From Cenococcum geophilum (Eukaryota): 64,000 nucleotides of DNA. The notes under the pieces are model-generated. The model was not told where the DNA came from. It did not search any database and saw nothing but the letters and a program-made list of their open reading frames with translations. A program made the translations under genes and the position numbers. Each line of letters opens with the position of its first letter. The first letter of the stretch is position 1. Location of the stretch: assembly GCA_050273025.1 (NCBI GenBank), contig CP158635.1:6014001-6078000 (forward strand), in the 5' to 3' direction. Positions 23,419 to 35,088 of the stretch are shown here, one piece after another.

Positions 23419-25950
23419 TATCGGCAAAATATAGTACCCTATCAATGGCCTTAATAGTTAGTAGTTAACGCAATTGGCGCGCAGTTAAGGGCATTTAGCA
23501 ACTCGACCGACTAGCCTATATTATATTTTTTTAACACGCAGCCTGCGCGCAGTCTACGCGCAACCTGCGCGTAACCTACGCGAAACCTGCTAGCAATCTA
23601 CGCATTTGGCAACCACAATTATATTTACCTCTTTTATACTAATAGCATATTTTAAATAAATAAAAGCTACTTTAAGGCTATTTATAAGGCTAGCAAAATA
23701 AATATTATTTTAGATAATTTAATATAATATAGCAATGGTTCTCTTCTACCTATCTACCTATTAACTTACCTACCTACCTATCTACCTACCTACCTATATC
23801 GCCTACCTGTCTACATTACCTACCTATCTGCATCGCCTACCTATCTGCATTGCCTACCTGTCTACATCGCCTACCTATCTGCATCGCCTACCTGTTTACA
23901 TTGCCTACCTATCTATATCGCCTACCTATCTGCATTGCCTACCTGTCTGCATCGCCTACCTATCTGCATCGCCTACCTATTTGCATCTGCCTACCTATCT
24001 ATATCTGCCTACCCATCAGCATTTACTTACCTGTCTGCATCTGCTTGCCTGTCTGCATCTGATTACCAGTCTGCATCTGCCTACCTGTTAGCATCTGCCT
24101 ACCCGTCAGCATCTCCCTATTTGTGCCTACCTGTCTGTGCTGCCTTGATTCGATCGATCGATTGAATCGTTTATAGTGTTCGCTGGCTAGTCGTTGTCGT
24201 CTGGCTCTGGCGACGGTCGTCTGGTTCTGGCGACGGTCGTCTAGTTCTGGTAACGGTCGTCTGGTTCTGGCGACGGTCGTCTAGTTCTGGTAACGGTCGT
24301 CTGGTTCTGGCGACGGTCGTCTAGCTCTGGCGACGGTCGTCTGGCGACGGTCGTGTGGTTCTGGTAACGGTCGTCTGGCGACGGCGACGGTCGTCTGGTT
24401 CTGGTAACGGTCGTCTAGTTCTAGCGATGGTCGTCTGGTTCTGGCGACGGTCGTCTCATTCTGGCGACGGTCGTCTGGTTCTAGTAACGGTGTTCTAGTT
24501 CTGGCGACGGCGACGGTCGTCTGGTTCTGGTAACGGTCGTCTAGTTCTGGCGACGGTCCTCTGCTAGCTGCCGTTCTGGTGCCTCCCTAGGTAGGGAGGA
24601 TGTAAGGAAGGATGGATGGATAAAAAAAATAAGGTGGCTACATAGGAGAGGCTATCGGAAATATAGCGGGGACCCGATGCAGAGCTTCGTGTAGAGCCTC
24701 TGTACGCAGAGCTTCGCGCAGAGCCTCGTGCAGAGCTTCGTGCAGAGCCTCGTGCAGAGCCTCCGTACGCAGAGCTTCGCGCAGAGCCTCTGTACGTAGA
24801 GCTTCGGGCAGAGCCTCTGTACGCAGAGCTTCGTGCAGAGCCTCTGTACGCAGAGCTTCGTGTAGAGCCTCGTGTAGAGCCTTATGCAAAGCTTCGTGTA
24901 GAGCTTCGTGCAGAACTTCGTGCAGAGCTTCGTGCAGAGCTTCGTGCAGAGCTTCGTGCAGAGCTTCGTGCAGAGCTTCGTGCAGAGCTTCGTGCAGAGC
25001 TTCGTGCAGAGCTTCGTGCAGAGCCTCTGTACGCAGAGCTTCGTGTAGAGCCTCGTGTAGAGCCTTATGCAAAGCTTCGTGTAGAGCTTCGTGCAGAACT
25101 TCGTGCAGAGCTTCGTGCAGAGCTTCGTGCAGAGCTTCGTGCAGAGCTTCGTGCAGAGCTTCGTGCAGAGCTTCGTGCAGAGCCTCTGTACGCAGAGCTT
25201 CGTGTAGAGCTTCGTGTAGAGCCTTGTGCAGAGCCTCTAAGTAATAAAACTGTGTAAAAATTTATTTGCGTAATTAGCATATAACTTTACCTTAATTGCA
25301 TGTTAAGGAATATACAGTTAGCTTTTAAAGTTGTTAAGTAGGTTAACTGCGTGTTATTTAACTTTTAAATATATTAAGTAGGTTAACTACGTATTAAGTT
25401 AGTTAAATTATATATTAAGTAGGTTAACTACGTGTTAAGTTAGTTAAATTACATATTAAGTAGGTTAACTGCGTATTAAGTTAGTTAAATTGCATATTAA
25501 GTAGGTTAACTGCATATTAAGTTAATTAAATTATATATTAAGTAGGTTAACTGCGTATTAAGTTAGTTAAATTATATGTTAAGTAGGTTAACTGCGTATT
25601 AAGTTAGTTAAATTATATATTAAGTAGGTTAACTGCATGTTAAGTTAGTTAAATTATATATTAAGTAGGTTAACTGCGTATTAAGTTAATTAAATTATAT
25701 ATTAAGTAGGTTAACTACGTGTTAAGTTAGTTAAATTGCATATTAAGTAGGTTAACTGCGTGTTAAGTTAGTTAAATTGCATGTTAAGTAGGTTAACTGC
25801 GTATTAAGTTAGTTAAATTGCGTGTTAAGTTAGTTAATTACGTGTTAAGTTAGTTAATTGCGTGTTAAGTTAGTTAAATTATATGTTAATTACGCGAAAC
25901 GCGAACACCAAAGTCAACTTAAATCTCATCCTGCGAATATTTTCCCGATG
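23419..25950 (-). mobile_element. Non-autonomous TIR element X, copy 2 (inverted), in the 3' UTR of Gypsy A
   Basis: TA flanks at 23417-18 and 25951-52; ends tatcggcaaaatat / atattttcccgatg; same five arrays in reverse order with different copy numbers. Confidence 0.88.
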
Positions 25951-26009
25951 TAGTACTACCCTATTTCTAACTAAGCCTAAAGGCAGGCTTTCTTTAAAGA
26001 GGGGGGTAA

Positions 26010-26220
26010 TATAACGGCGCTATCGCACATTACCTGCCAAATTCTGCTATATTCTGCCGACCTGTAATTAGCCCGCCCAAAGCTAGCGCCTTGGCGGCTC
26101 ACCCTATATATTTATTTACATCGGTCCTAGCGACCCCTTTTCCTTCTCTTTAGCTTAGTATCTTCGTAATATAGTATTTATTCAAGCTTCGGTTTAGAGG
26201 CATTTATTTAAGCCATAACA
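26010..26220 (+). repeat. 3' LTR of Gypsy A
   Basis: Direct repeat of 7565-7775, preceded by the PPT and followed by TSD CCTTT. Confidence 0.95.
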
Positions 26221-29200
26221 CCTTTCTTAAAGGAGTTAAGTAGGTTGCTTATAAAGAAAAGGAAGAGTATAGGTAAGAGGGGTAATCCTTATAGTATTCC
26301 TGTTATAACTATAATAGGGGGGCTCTAGTATTTATTAAAGACTAGTAATATTTCTTTCTAGCCTATAAACCCTTAGATAAATTATATAATTTATTCTAAA
26401 AAGCCCTTTACCCTAAGGATATATAGGAGACGCTTATAGGGTATATTATTATAGGCACTACTAATATCTAGGCTAAGTATTAATACTATAAAGTTCTTTC
26501 GCATCGCCTATATAGATTTAATAGTGGTAGCAAGTAGCGTAAGTGCTAATAGTGTTAAGCGGTTCTTTCTTGCCCCTATTTAGCTTTATAGTAGTAGGGC
26601 GTATTTCTTTACCATATCTGCTATATATTCCGCTATTACCCTTTCTAAGATCTTACTAAGGGTGTTTTCTAAGGCAATAGGGCGGTAGCTTCCTGGGATT
26701 AAGTAATCTACTTTACCTTCTTTTTATAGGATAACCGTCGTTATAGATCTTCTAAGTTATAGGTAGTAGCCTATAGTAAAGCATGCTTTAGCTATATCTG
26801 TAAGCTAAGGTGCTATAAGTGGCCTATAGGTTTTTAGGGCCTTATTTAGAATCTTATCTAGTCCTAGTACTATATTATTTAAAAGGCGGCTAATAGTTCT
26901 AGCTATTTCCTCTATTATTATATTGCTGTTAACCCGTAGGTAAGTTACTGGTGTTTCGCTTATAATATTACTAAGGTCTGCTAAAGCTGGTTAGGGGAAG
27001 AACCTTTCTATAAGGATCTTTGCCTTTTTATTATTGTTATTTATAGCCTATAATTCTCCTACTCTTCGTAAGGGTAGTAGGTATAGGTCTTTTGCTAGGC
27101 GCCCTGCCTTTTTTTTTTACCTATTTTGCTATAGCCTAAAGGCCCTTATTATGGGGGAGGCTTAGGTTAGAAGTATACTCATTTATAAACCATCTCTAGT
27201 TATTTCTTACTTTTTTTTTAGGGTATTCTTTAGCTGGTTTCTTGTGTCTTTATATTATCTCTTGTCTTTAGGGTTATAGCTACTTATATATTTCCTTCTT
27301 GCTTATTATTAGCTGGTAACTAGAACTACGTATTATATAGACTATATATATCGCGTATAGGGGCCCGGTTTTAAGATTAGGCAGTACTCTTTTAGCCTAT
27401 TTTTAATTACTGCCTAGATCCTTTCTAGTCTTTAGTTAATTTCCTTAGGGGTGGCTAATAAGCCTCGCTTATTTAGTATTAGGTGGATTTCTTCTAGGTT
27501 TTAGAGTTATTATTTAACTACATTAAGGAAACTATTTATCTTAAGCTTCCTTATTACATATCTTTTTCTATTTAATTGCGCTTTAATATCTAGGTCTAGC
27601 TATATCTAAATAGGGATATAGTTTAGGGTAAGTGCCCATTTTTCTTTAAGGTTGTACCTTTTAAGTCTCTAGTATAGGCCTTTATCCATAAATATGAGGT
27701 TAATTATGCTTCTGGCGGTGCCTTATTACCATATAATTGCTTCTAGGGGGGTGGCTAGCTTAAGGCCCTAGATATCTATAGCTCTTAGTAAGCACTCTAA
27801 CTGTTAATCTACAGCAATATGGATACCCCCCTACCGCGGGTAGTAGAGGTTTATGTCTCCTAGTAGGATAAACTCTATACCTTCGGTTTCTAGTAAGCTT
27901 ATTACTGATATAATATTCTCTATTTATGGGACCCCTTTAACCCTAGGGTTATATACATTAATAATTTATACCGGTCCCCTATATGTTTAGATTATTATAA
28001 CTACAATATCTAGGTTAACTGCCTGCTATAACTATAAGAATAGGCTGATAGCCTTGCTGATTATAAAGCACACGCGTATAGCTGCTTTTGGTTCATATAG
28101 GAGCTAGAATCCTTGGGGGCAGTATGTCGATTATGTGAAGGTATTATAATACGGTTCTTGTATAGCAAGGATATGGTGTTTCTCTGGGTCTAGACTGTCT
28201 AGTAGGGGCCTTGCAAGGCGGTGGTTTGTGTTGCCGCAGTTATACTGTATAATGGATAGGTGGCGGACCCCCGGCGAGGGTCCTTCGACTCTCCTTCATT
28301 CCTCGCTTCTTCTGTTTCCACTTTCTCTAGGATATTCGGAGCTAAGATTAATATATATACTTTAATAATAAAAATTAAAGTTTAAAAATTAAAGTTTAAA
28401 AATTATAATAATATTTAGCTATAAGGGGGTAAGGTGTTTTGAGGCAGCTTTAAGGAAATAAGATTTTATTGAAAGCTAAACTATATAGACCTTGCAAGTG
28501 ATAAGACGTTCGGACAAGGAACAGAATAGATTCGGGTCGACGTGGTCAAGATATAGGGGTAGCTGTGGTACGTGCGCGTGCTTCGAGAGGCTTCGACAGA
28601 ATTCCACTGTCGTCGAGTGTTTCACCGAGACGTCCTTACTGTAACGAGACAGTCCTGTTACATTAGCCTAAGCACGTATAGCGTAAAAGTCTTAGCACAC
28701 TATAAGGCCAAAAAGACAGTAGTGTTTACGACTCTTATATCAAGACTGTTACTTTTAAGGTTTAAATATTTACTTCTGCTTAATCCTAAGATTTGGCTAT
28801 ACCTCCTCTTCCCAGTTGCATACAAGATTATATCACTGGCTAATATTGCTATATCTCTTATATAGAAGGCCCTAATGTCTTAGAAAATTTACGGGATCGG
28901 CACCTGCGGCCCTTCCACCACCCTCCGACACTTTAACGACTTCATTTCGAGCTCAGTCCATCTTAAGACTCTATATTGCGAGTCAGAAGAAATAAATTAA
29001 TCTGGCCAGTATTAGAACTGATCTCTTGAGCTTCTGAGACGTTGATAAATATTACTTTGCAGATATAAGAAATATATTAGCTCCCAAGTGTAGCGCTCAA
29101 GCTTCCTGGATCTAATTATGTACATTTAAGGTACTGTCTGAAATATCGTGTTTGGCCCATGCTAGCCTCATGGGGTGGTGTTTTACCTGAGCGATCTCAA

Positions 29201-29555
29201 CTTTCCAGCCTTCATCTTCATATTAAACGCACGTCTCTCGCCTGACCCGACGACTTGTTGCGGCGCTGTGAAGGAAAGTGTCCATACTTCCAGATTCCAA
29301 GTTGTGCTCCATTACTAGTGTTTCTTTTGACTCCATACTGGATCGCTGAACTCGGAAATTGCGGAAATCATGCCCACTTAAAAAAGAACCGTTCACTGTG
29401 CTGATACATGGCCGATAGTCCACGCACCGAGCCGTGACTAGCTTGTATACGTCTCTCCAAATGGTTGCGATTACTTCTTGCAGCAAAGATAGGCTGTCAT
29501 TAGGGTAAATATTGATGCCCACGGAAATGTTTTTAGACTTTCAGCTTACCCCTAC

Positions 29556-31156
29556 TCAGACACAACTGTCCAAAGCATCAATCCTAGCTTTCCAATTCTT
29601 AACTATTTCTCCAATACGGCGCACCTTGTTGAGCTCAGCCTGGAGCTCATCCATCTCGCTTAGAATCATTTTGAACCTCCGAATCTGTTCGTCTGCTGTT
29701 TGAGCTGGGGTGTCGCCGGTATCATAGCGAACAACCACTGCAAGTCGAGCTTCTTCTGACAACTGCCCATTCGCAATAATTATTAGCTTTCAGTTTTTAT
29801 GCTTTCTAGGAAAATATGGCTCACCACTTGCCATCGTGCTTGGATACTATTTAGCAAGCAGTTAAATCGTGACTTCAGTTCTTGAAGTCCTGCAGGATCC
29901 AAATGAATTTGGCCGTAAGTATCCATGTTCTGTGGCAAGTTGTACAAGCTCTGATTCAACAAGAGGCTCATCGAGTGAGTGTTGTATACGTTCTCATTGA
30001 GCCGCAGGACGTCCGTCCGTCCGTCCATTTCAATAGCCAGTCTTGTCTCTGATTCGATGAAGCTGTTAGAGGAGCATAACTTTAAGCCCTGCTGAAGTAG
30101 CTTGCTGAATTTCTTCTTGTCTTGGGTAGTTTCAAGATCTCCTAATCGAATCACGGCTCGTAGGACATCCACATAAACCTCCTCTGACTTTTTTGAGTAA
30201 TCGGCAATTACATGCTGTTGATCGCTTAAGTCGCCCCTTCTTGTCAGGCCTAATAACGCATATACCTTGTCTCTAATGTCAGAGCATTCTAGGTTCTGAA
30301 ACATCTCCAAAAGTTTTTCAAGGGGAACCACTCTGAATGCAGCTGGTAGATTCTCCCATATAGTCTTGTGTTCGAACATCTGACCAGCATAGCTTTCGAG
30401 AACCGCTGCAGCATACGGGTGGTGTTCGATACGGCCATTGGCCGCAACACGTTGGAGCTTTTTAATCACTTGATCCATGCATCGCCACTCGACACTCTTC
30501 TGGCCGCACATAACCTCAATCCTCTCGGCAGCCATGATCTCCTGGACGACCCAGATACGTCTCCAGTACCGTCTTTCGCAGAGTGCTAAAACAGCTTTGC
30601 CTTCATTGGACTTCCAGATATTTCGCAAGCCACTTCCCTTCCGTTTTATGGGTCTAGGCCCCTTTTCGCGGATGTAGTCCATAGCAATATCGCTATTGTC
30701 AGCCGCTTGGCCAAGCCAAACTGCTACTAACGCTGCCTTTTGAAATGTCAGCTAAAAGTAAGCGCCATTGTACGGGTGCTCTTATACATTGCTGTATATT
30801 TGCCTCATCAAATTAACTTGATGATTCCTTTCCAATATGTTGGACTGATCAATGCAAAGAGCATCAATCCAAAACAGCTTCCGCCGGTTGCGGAGACGCA
30901 TATGGTGGAGAAACCACCATAGGTTCTCTCGAGTCATGAACCGGCAATTATTAATTTGGATCTCTTTGAGGTGATTGGCTGGACCCCATGTGTATGACAG
31001 TGCAACGTAAGGCGGACATTTTGAGAGAGGAAAGCATTGAAAGTTACATTTGATCGTGGATGAGTCGGACTCGGAGGCCGGCTGAAGCTCAACGAGTCTG
31101 ATATTTTGATAGGCTAAGTCGAGAGCTGTGGTTTCGTAAACCGAAGACAAGGACAT
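29556..31156 (-). CDS. HET-domain (heterokaryon incompatibility, HET-6-like) protein, three exons
   Basis: Motifs IRLVEL, YVALSYTWG, FWIDALCIDQ..ERNHQV.LM..IYS.A..V.VWLG, YWRRIWVVQE and DKVYALLGL. Intron 30737-30787; a second intron at about 29763-29824 joins a short helical C-terminal exon. Confidence 0.9.
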
Positions 31157-32852
31157 TTTGGCGCCTCTCAACGGATACCCCTAGAGGTGCGAACGGATAA
31201 ACATATCTAAAATACATAGCCGGAAATAAAAAAACTGGAAATGTGAAGCAAAAGCAATCGGACAAGGGGTTCTAGACCCGAATGTGACCACTAACGTCAG
31301 GTGAACCTAAGGGGCTAGCACGAGACTGCTGATAGACATGGAAAATGAGACATGAAGCACCCTTCTTCGTGCCACACCATGAAGCGTCTAGATAGCAGCA
31401 TATCGGGTCAATGCGATAAAATCTATCCAGCTTTTAAACGATAAATTCCTTTTAGAAGTTTATCTACTATAAGTTGCGTATGATAGAGAGCGCGCAGTGT
31501 AGTTAGTGCCATGCATATAAATACGCAGAGACAGATGGGAAATGTGGTTTAATTCTCTTTGCCTGTTCTGCCAAATATTGGTGTGCTTCCCAAAGACTAA
31601 GCAATTTTCTTCTAGGTAATGAGCGACGGATCGGCTGACCAACCAGGGTGATTCGATATCAGCGGTCCAGACAGAGTGGCCCACCAAAAAAAGCGGTCGG
31701 GGCACACCTCAATAGAGGTTGCCAAACCCTCCCGCATAATTTATTATTTCTCTCCTATGTAGGTGCGCATTGCACGTCCAGTTGAAGGTGCACGGATCAC
31801 CAGGTGGTAGGACGCTACCAGGGGAAGGGATATTTTGGGGCTCACTTAGGTATCCACGGGTTTTCCGTAACTGCTTGTAAGAATCCCTTTCACGCTCGCG
31901 CGAGCCGAAGCGAGTTCCAAGTAAGCGTGGGTTGAGAAATGAATGGCCCCCATCCCCCGAGTATTTGATAATCTATACTAATCTTTCCAACACTCTGATG
32001 CGTATGCACTACTATTGCCTAACCTATTTGAGCTCTGACCGCATTTCTTCTTCCTGCAGCAATGAAGAGTGCCCCACGAAACGCTACTTTCAGTATGCTT
32101 TCACGTCATATGCAAGTAGATTTCCGTGACAATGGTGAACAAGGAGTACGGTCTTTGATTTTCTCACCACTGCTTGATTTAATAAGACTACTACCAGTTC
32201 AGGGCTTGAAAACATTCGCTATTGGCGGTCTTGTCTCAACGGTTAAATAAAACATCGAAAGAGAGTTCTTTTTGGACTTTTCGCATATAAAACACTCTTG
32301 AAAGTCTGTATGCGTTCTAGTCAAGGCGTTACGTAAACGACTACACAAGAGTCTTCTTCTTAGAGGCGTCTCCTACAGCGATTAAGTTCATATATACACC
32401 CAACGCGACTCTAGATTTATCTATATTCTAGGTGTTTCTACCCGTATATTAGCCCCCCTTTATACCCTCTCATAAAAGTTATAAGATCCAGGACTCCGTA
32501 AAAATGGCGGTTCAAGTTGAATTCAATTTATCGGTCGTGGAAGGCCACCTCTATTGGCCCATGGACAGGATCTGTAAAAGCATTTAACCTGTTATGGTAG
32601 ACAAGGAAACTCGAGATAGGTGCCTAGTGAGCGGACAGCCGGAATACGTGTATCGTACGACGAACTCGCGCATAAAGCAGCAATCAGTGAGACTCTTCTG
32701 AGTGCACTGCAGAAGGAGTTGAAATCATCCTCTGCCTTATGGGTCCGCCAAACACTCTTAAACCCTCAACTAGGTAACGTAATGCGCAGCCTCAACTGGT
32801 GAATTTCAATAAAAATGTGGCTAACAAATATATTTTTGTTTAACATTCTCTA

Positions 32853-33203
32853 ACGTAGGTGATAGGGTTATGACGGTCGGCATGGTTATGACAGTCGGCT
32901 ACTACCGTCTTCTTGGTTGGGCTTACCTGCGCAGCTCCGCCCCTAAGCTTCGTTCGGCGCTCCGTGCACGTCTCCCCCTGAGCTTCGTTCCGCAGCTCCA
33001 GGCAGATGACTTGTCTATTAGCCTCCACAACGGCTTGCAGACGCAATAGATATATCGCATCTACAATTCTATAGATCGATTTTTATAATAACGTAGGTAA
33101 TAGAATTATGACGGTCGGCATACTAACAAATTTCGTCTGTGCGCAGTTTTTTAATGTTCCAAACCGTCTACCATACCGACCGTCATAACCCTATCACCTA
33201 CGT
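32853..33203. mobile_element. Pogo/Fot1-type MITE with an extra internal left TIR at 33091
   Basis: TA-flanked TIRs acgtaggtgatagggttatgacggtcgg and ccgaccgtcataaccctatcacctacgt. Confidence 0.85.
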
Positions 33204-33290
33204 TATGGTAATCTCGGTTTCTCATCTCACAGTAAATAGATTACCTAGCAGAATAGGCAGAAAAGGAATCAGAAGCCAAAAAAAGAATGT

Positions 33291-33384
33291 TGCATTGGAC
33301 AAGGTTCGAACTTGCGCGGGTCTCCCCAACAGAGATTGTGCATAAACTTAAATCTGCCGCCTTGGACCACTCGGCCACCAATGC
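33291..33384 (-). tRNA. tRNA-Leu(TAA) with a short intron
   Basis: Acceptor stem GCATTGG/CCAATGC, D arm tggccgagtggtccaaggc, anticodon TAA followed by an intron, long variable arm, T loop GTTCGAACC, downstream T7 terminator. Confidence 0.92.
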
Positions 33385-33914
33385 CGGATTAACAAAATTT
33401 GAAACTTCATATGATATATATAATAATTCTTAATAGTGCGTTTGTCAATACTAACCCTCCTTACCAGAAAGAGATCCCAGTCGTGCGAGAAAACCCCCCC
33501 CCCCTTTCCTATGACTTACCTACCTAACGTATATATAGCCCTTCTTTCCTGACCTGGTTTCTACGATTTACTCTATTGTCAATCCAATGCATATCAGAAG
33601 AAGTTGAGTAAGACTCTGTCTATCCAAACTATAAAGAAAAGAAACTATATATACATAAGGAAGTGTAATGACAAAGGGGGGTACAAGGGGGGTACAGGCA
33701 ACAAGAACAAGGTAGTGAGTCATAGGGTAGTAGGCATCTGGAACAGGAACGGGGTAGTCGACCTTGATCGGCATCTATCGTCGAATAACTTCAAGAGCTG
33801 TATGGTAAAGATGAGAAGAGCTTACATAAACGATAACATGGAATGATTTGATGGGTTTTGAGAGGTTGTGGCTGTGGTCGTTGGGTGGATGGGGGCGGAG
33901 AGTTTGGGGAGGAG

Positions 33915-34513
33915 CAGACTTGCTGATAAGCAAAACCCTGCTTGCTTGCTTGCTTGCTTGTCTTGGCAGTAAGCAAGCAATCAAGCAAGAGGCCTCATTT
34001 TGGGCAATCAAGCAAGCAAAGGAAGCGCTTGCTTGCTTGTTTATTGCTTGTATATAGTTAATTTAGTAGTAGCGGTGGTTGATAGACCTTTCAGCGTTTT
34101 TAGAGTTAATTTCTAATGGCCAAGGCAATGCAAATAGTGTAAACAAGTCCTTTTAGGCAACCGCTAAGCCTATTTAAAAACGGTTTTCCGCGCCGACCTA
34201 AAGTCTCGGGCAACTTACTTCTTCGATCCTCTACACCACGCCAAGATCGCGATATACGCGCTGCCTTTACCGCGTCTGCCTCATAAACTGCCTCCGAGTC
34301 GCGCGAACGAGCTTATTGATTGGTGGTGGAGGAGTTTAGTGGGCAATATACTGCTGCTGGGCGAAGCCATAGCGGATTTTCTATACAACTTCAGATTCTA
34401 TACTGTCTTGGCAAGCAATTAACAAGCAAGCAAGCAAGCGGAGGGCCTCCAAATCGGGCAATCAAGCAAGCAGAGGGGTGTTTTGCTTGCTTGCTTGCTT
34501 ATCAGCAAGTCTG
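33915..34513. mobile_element. Non-autonomous hAT element (599 bp)
   Basis: TIRs cagacttgctgataagcaa / ttgcttatcagcaagtctg, 8-bp TSD GGGAGGAG at 33907-33914 and 34514-34521, subterminal (GCAA)n/(TTGC)n repeats. Confidence 0.9.
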
Positions 34514-35088
34514 GGGAGGAGAGAGAGTAACAATATATAAGGAGGCGGTGGTGAAGCGAGAAAGTCGGTTGCAAACAAACAAACATAAGCAAGGGAGCAG
34601 GTGTAGAGGCCGCACTAGGAATTCAATTATTTGATCCAGCAAAATCTTTGATATTGAAGCTTTTCTGGCTATGTAAGATGCATGCTAATATACCACAGGC
34701 TATCGTTAACAAAAGTAATTATGCAGGCAGCTTATCATAACGGCGAGTCAAGCGAATAGACCCATCGAGGTGGTAGTCTCTAAGAAAGGTCAGATTCCGC
34801 CGAAAACAATCTCGAGTTTTAGGGCCATACCTCACTACATATCACAGCACCGTATTTCCATCCTCAGATGTACGGGCGCATCTAATCCTGCAAATAATAC
34901 ACCACATAAAAAGATATAACGTGTCTCTCGCGATCGTAAAGAGCGGCGTCCCTGTCGGATGTCTATGCGTATTGGGCAGCAAGATAAAGGGGGCGTAGGC
35001 GCCAGCAATTTCGCTCTGTGCGTAATAACTACTGAAGTTTAAGCTCCTGAGAGAAGCGAAGGTTGTAACGTTCATCTAAAGGAAATCG

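Larger units (their letters stand above)
7565..26220 (+). mobile_element. Ty3/Gypsy chromovirus A, full length, RIPed, with three nested insertions
   Basis: 211-bp LTRs at 7565-7775 and 26010-26220, TSD CCTTT, PPT aaagagggggg before the 3' LTR. gag has a CCHC knuckle split at 9063/11211, followed by protease, RT (YL(D)DILIYS), RNase H, an integrase split by Gypsy B and a chromodomain at about 22900-23080. Confidence 0.95.
5902..28343 (-). mobile_element. 5'-truncated Tad1-like LINE, RIPed, split by Gypsy A (segments 5902-7564 and 26221-28343)
   Basis: Reverse complement of the LINE at about 45875-49656. 14-bp TSD aagattaatatata at 5888-5901 and 28344-28357. (ATT)n tail at the 5902 end. APE endonuclease and RT remnants. 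Confidence 0.92.
5521..28641. mobile_element. Unclassified RIPed repeat that hosts the LINE (pieces about 5521-5901 and 28344-28641); possible DNA-transposon end at 28641
   Basis: RIP-like composition on both sides of the LINE TSD. Right end gacgtccttactg|TA resembles a CAGT-type Tc1/mariner terminus, but no partner TIR was found. Confidence 0.3.

Noticed and set aside
28640..33290. Possible Starship or other giant-element cargo (HET gene between a TE block and a tRNA)
   Set aside because: No tyrosine-recombinase captain or boundary direct repeats were recognisable in the window.
33775..34634. ORFs with KQAS/LLAC repeats
   Set aside because: Translations of the (GCAA)n subterminal repeats of the hAT element.
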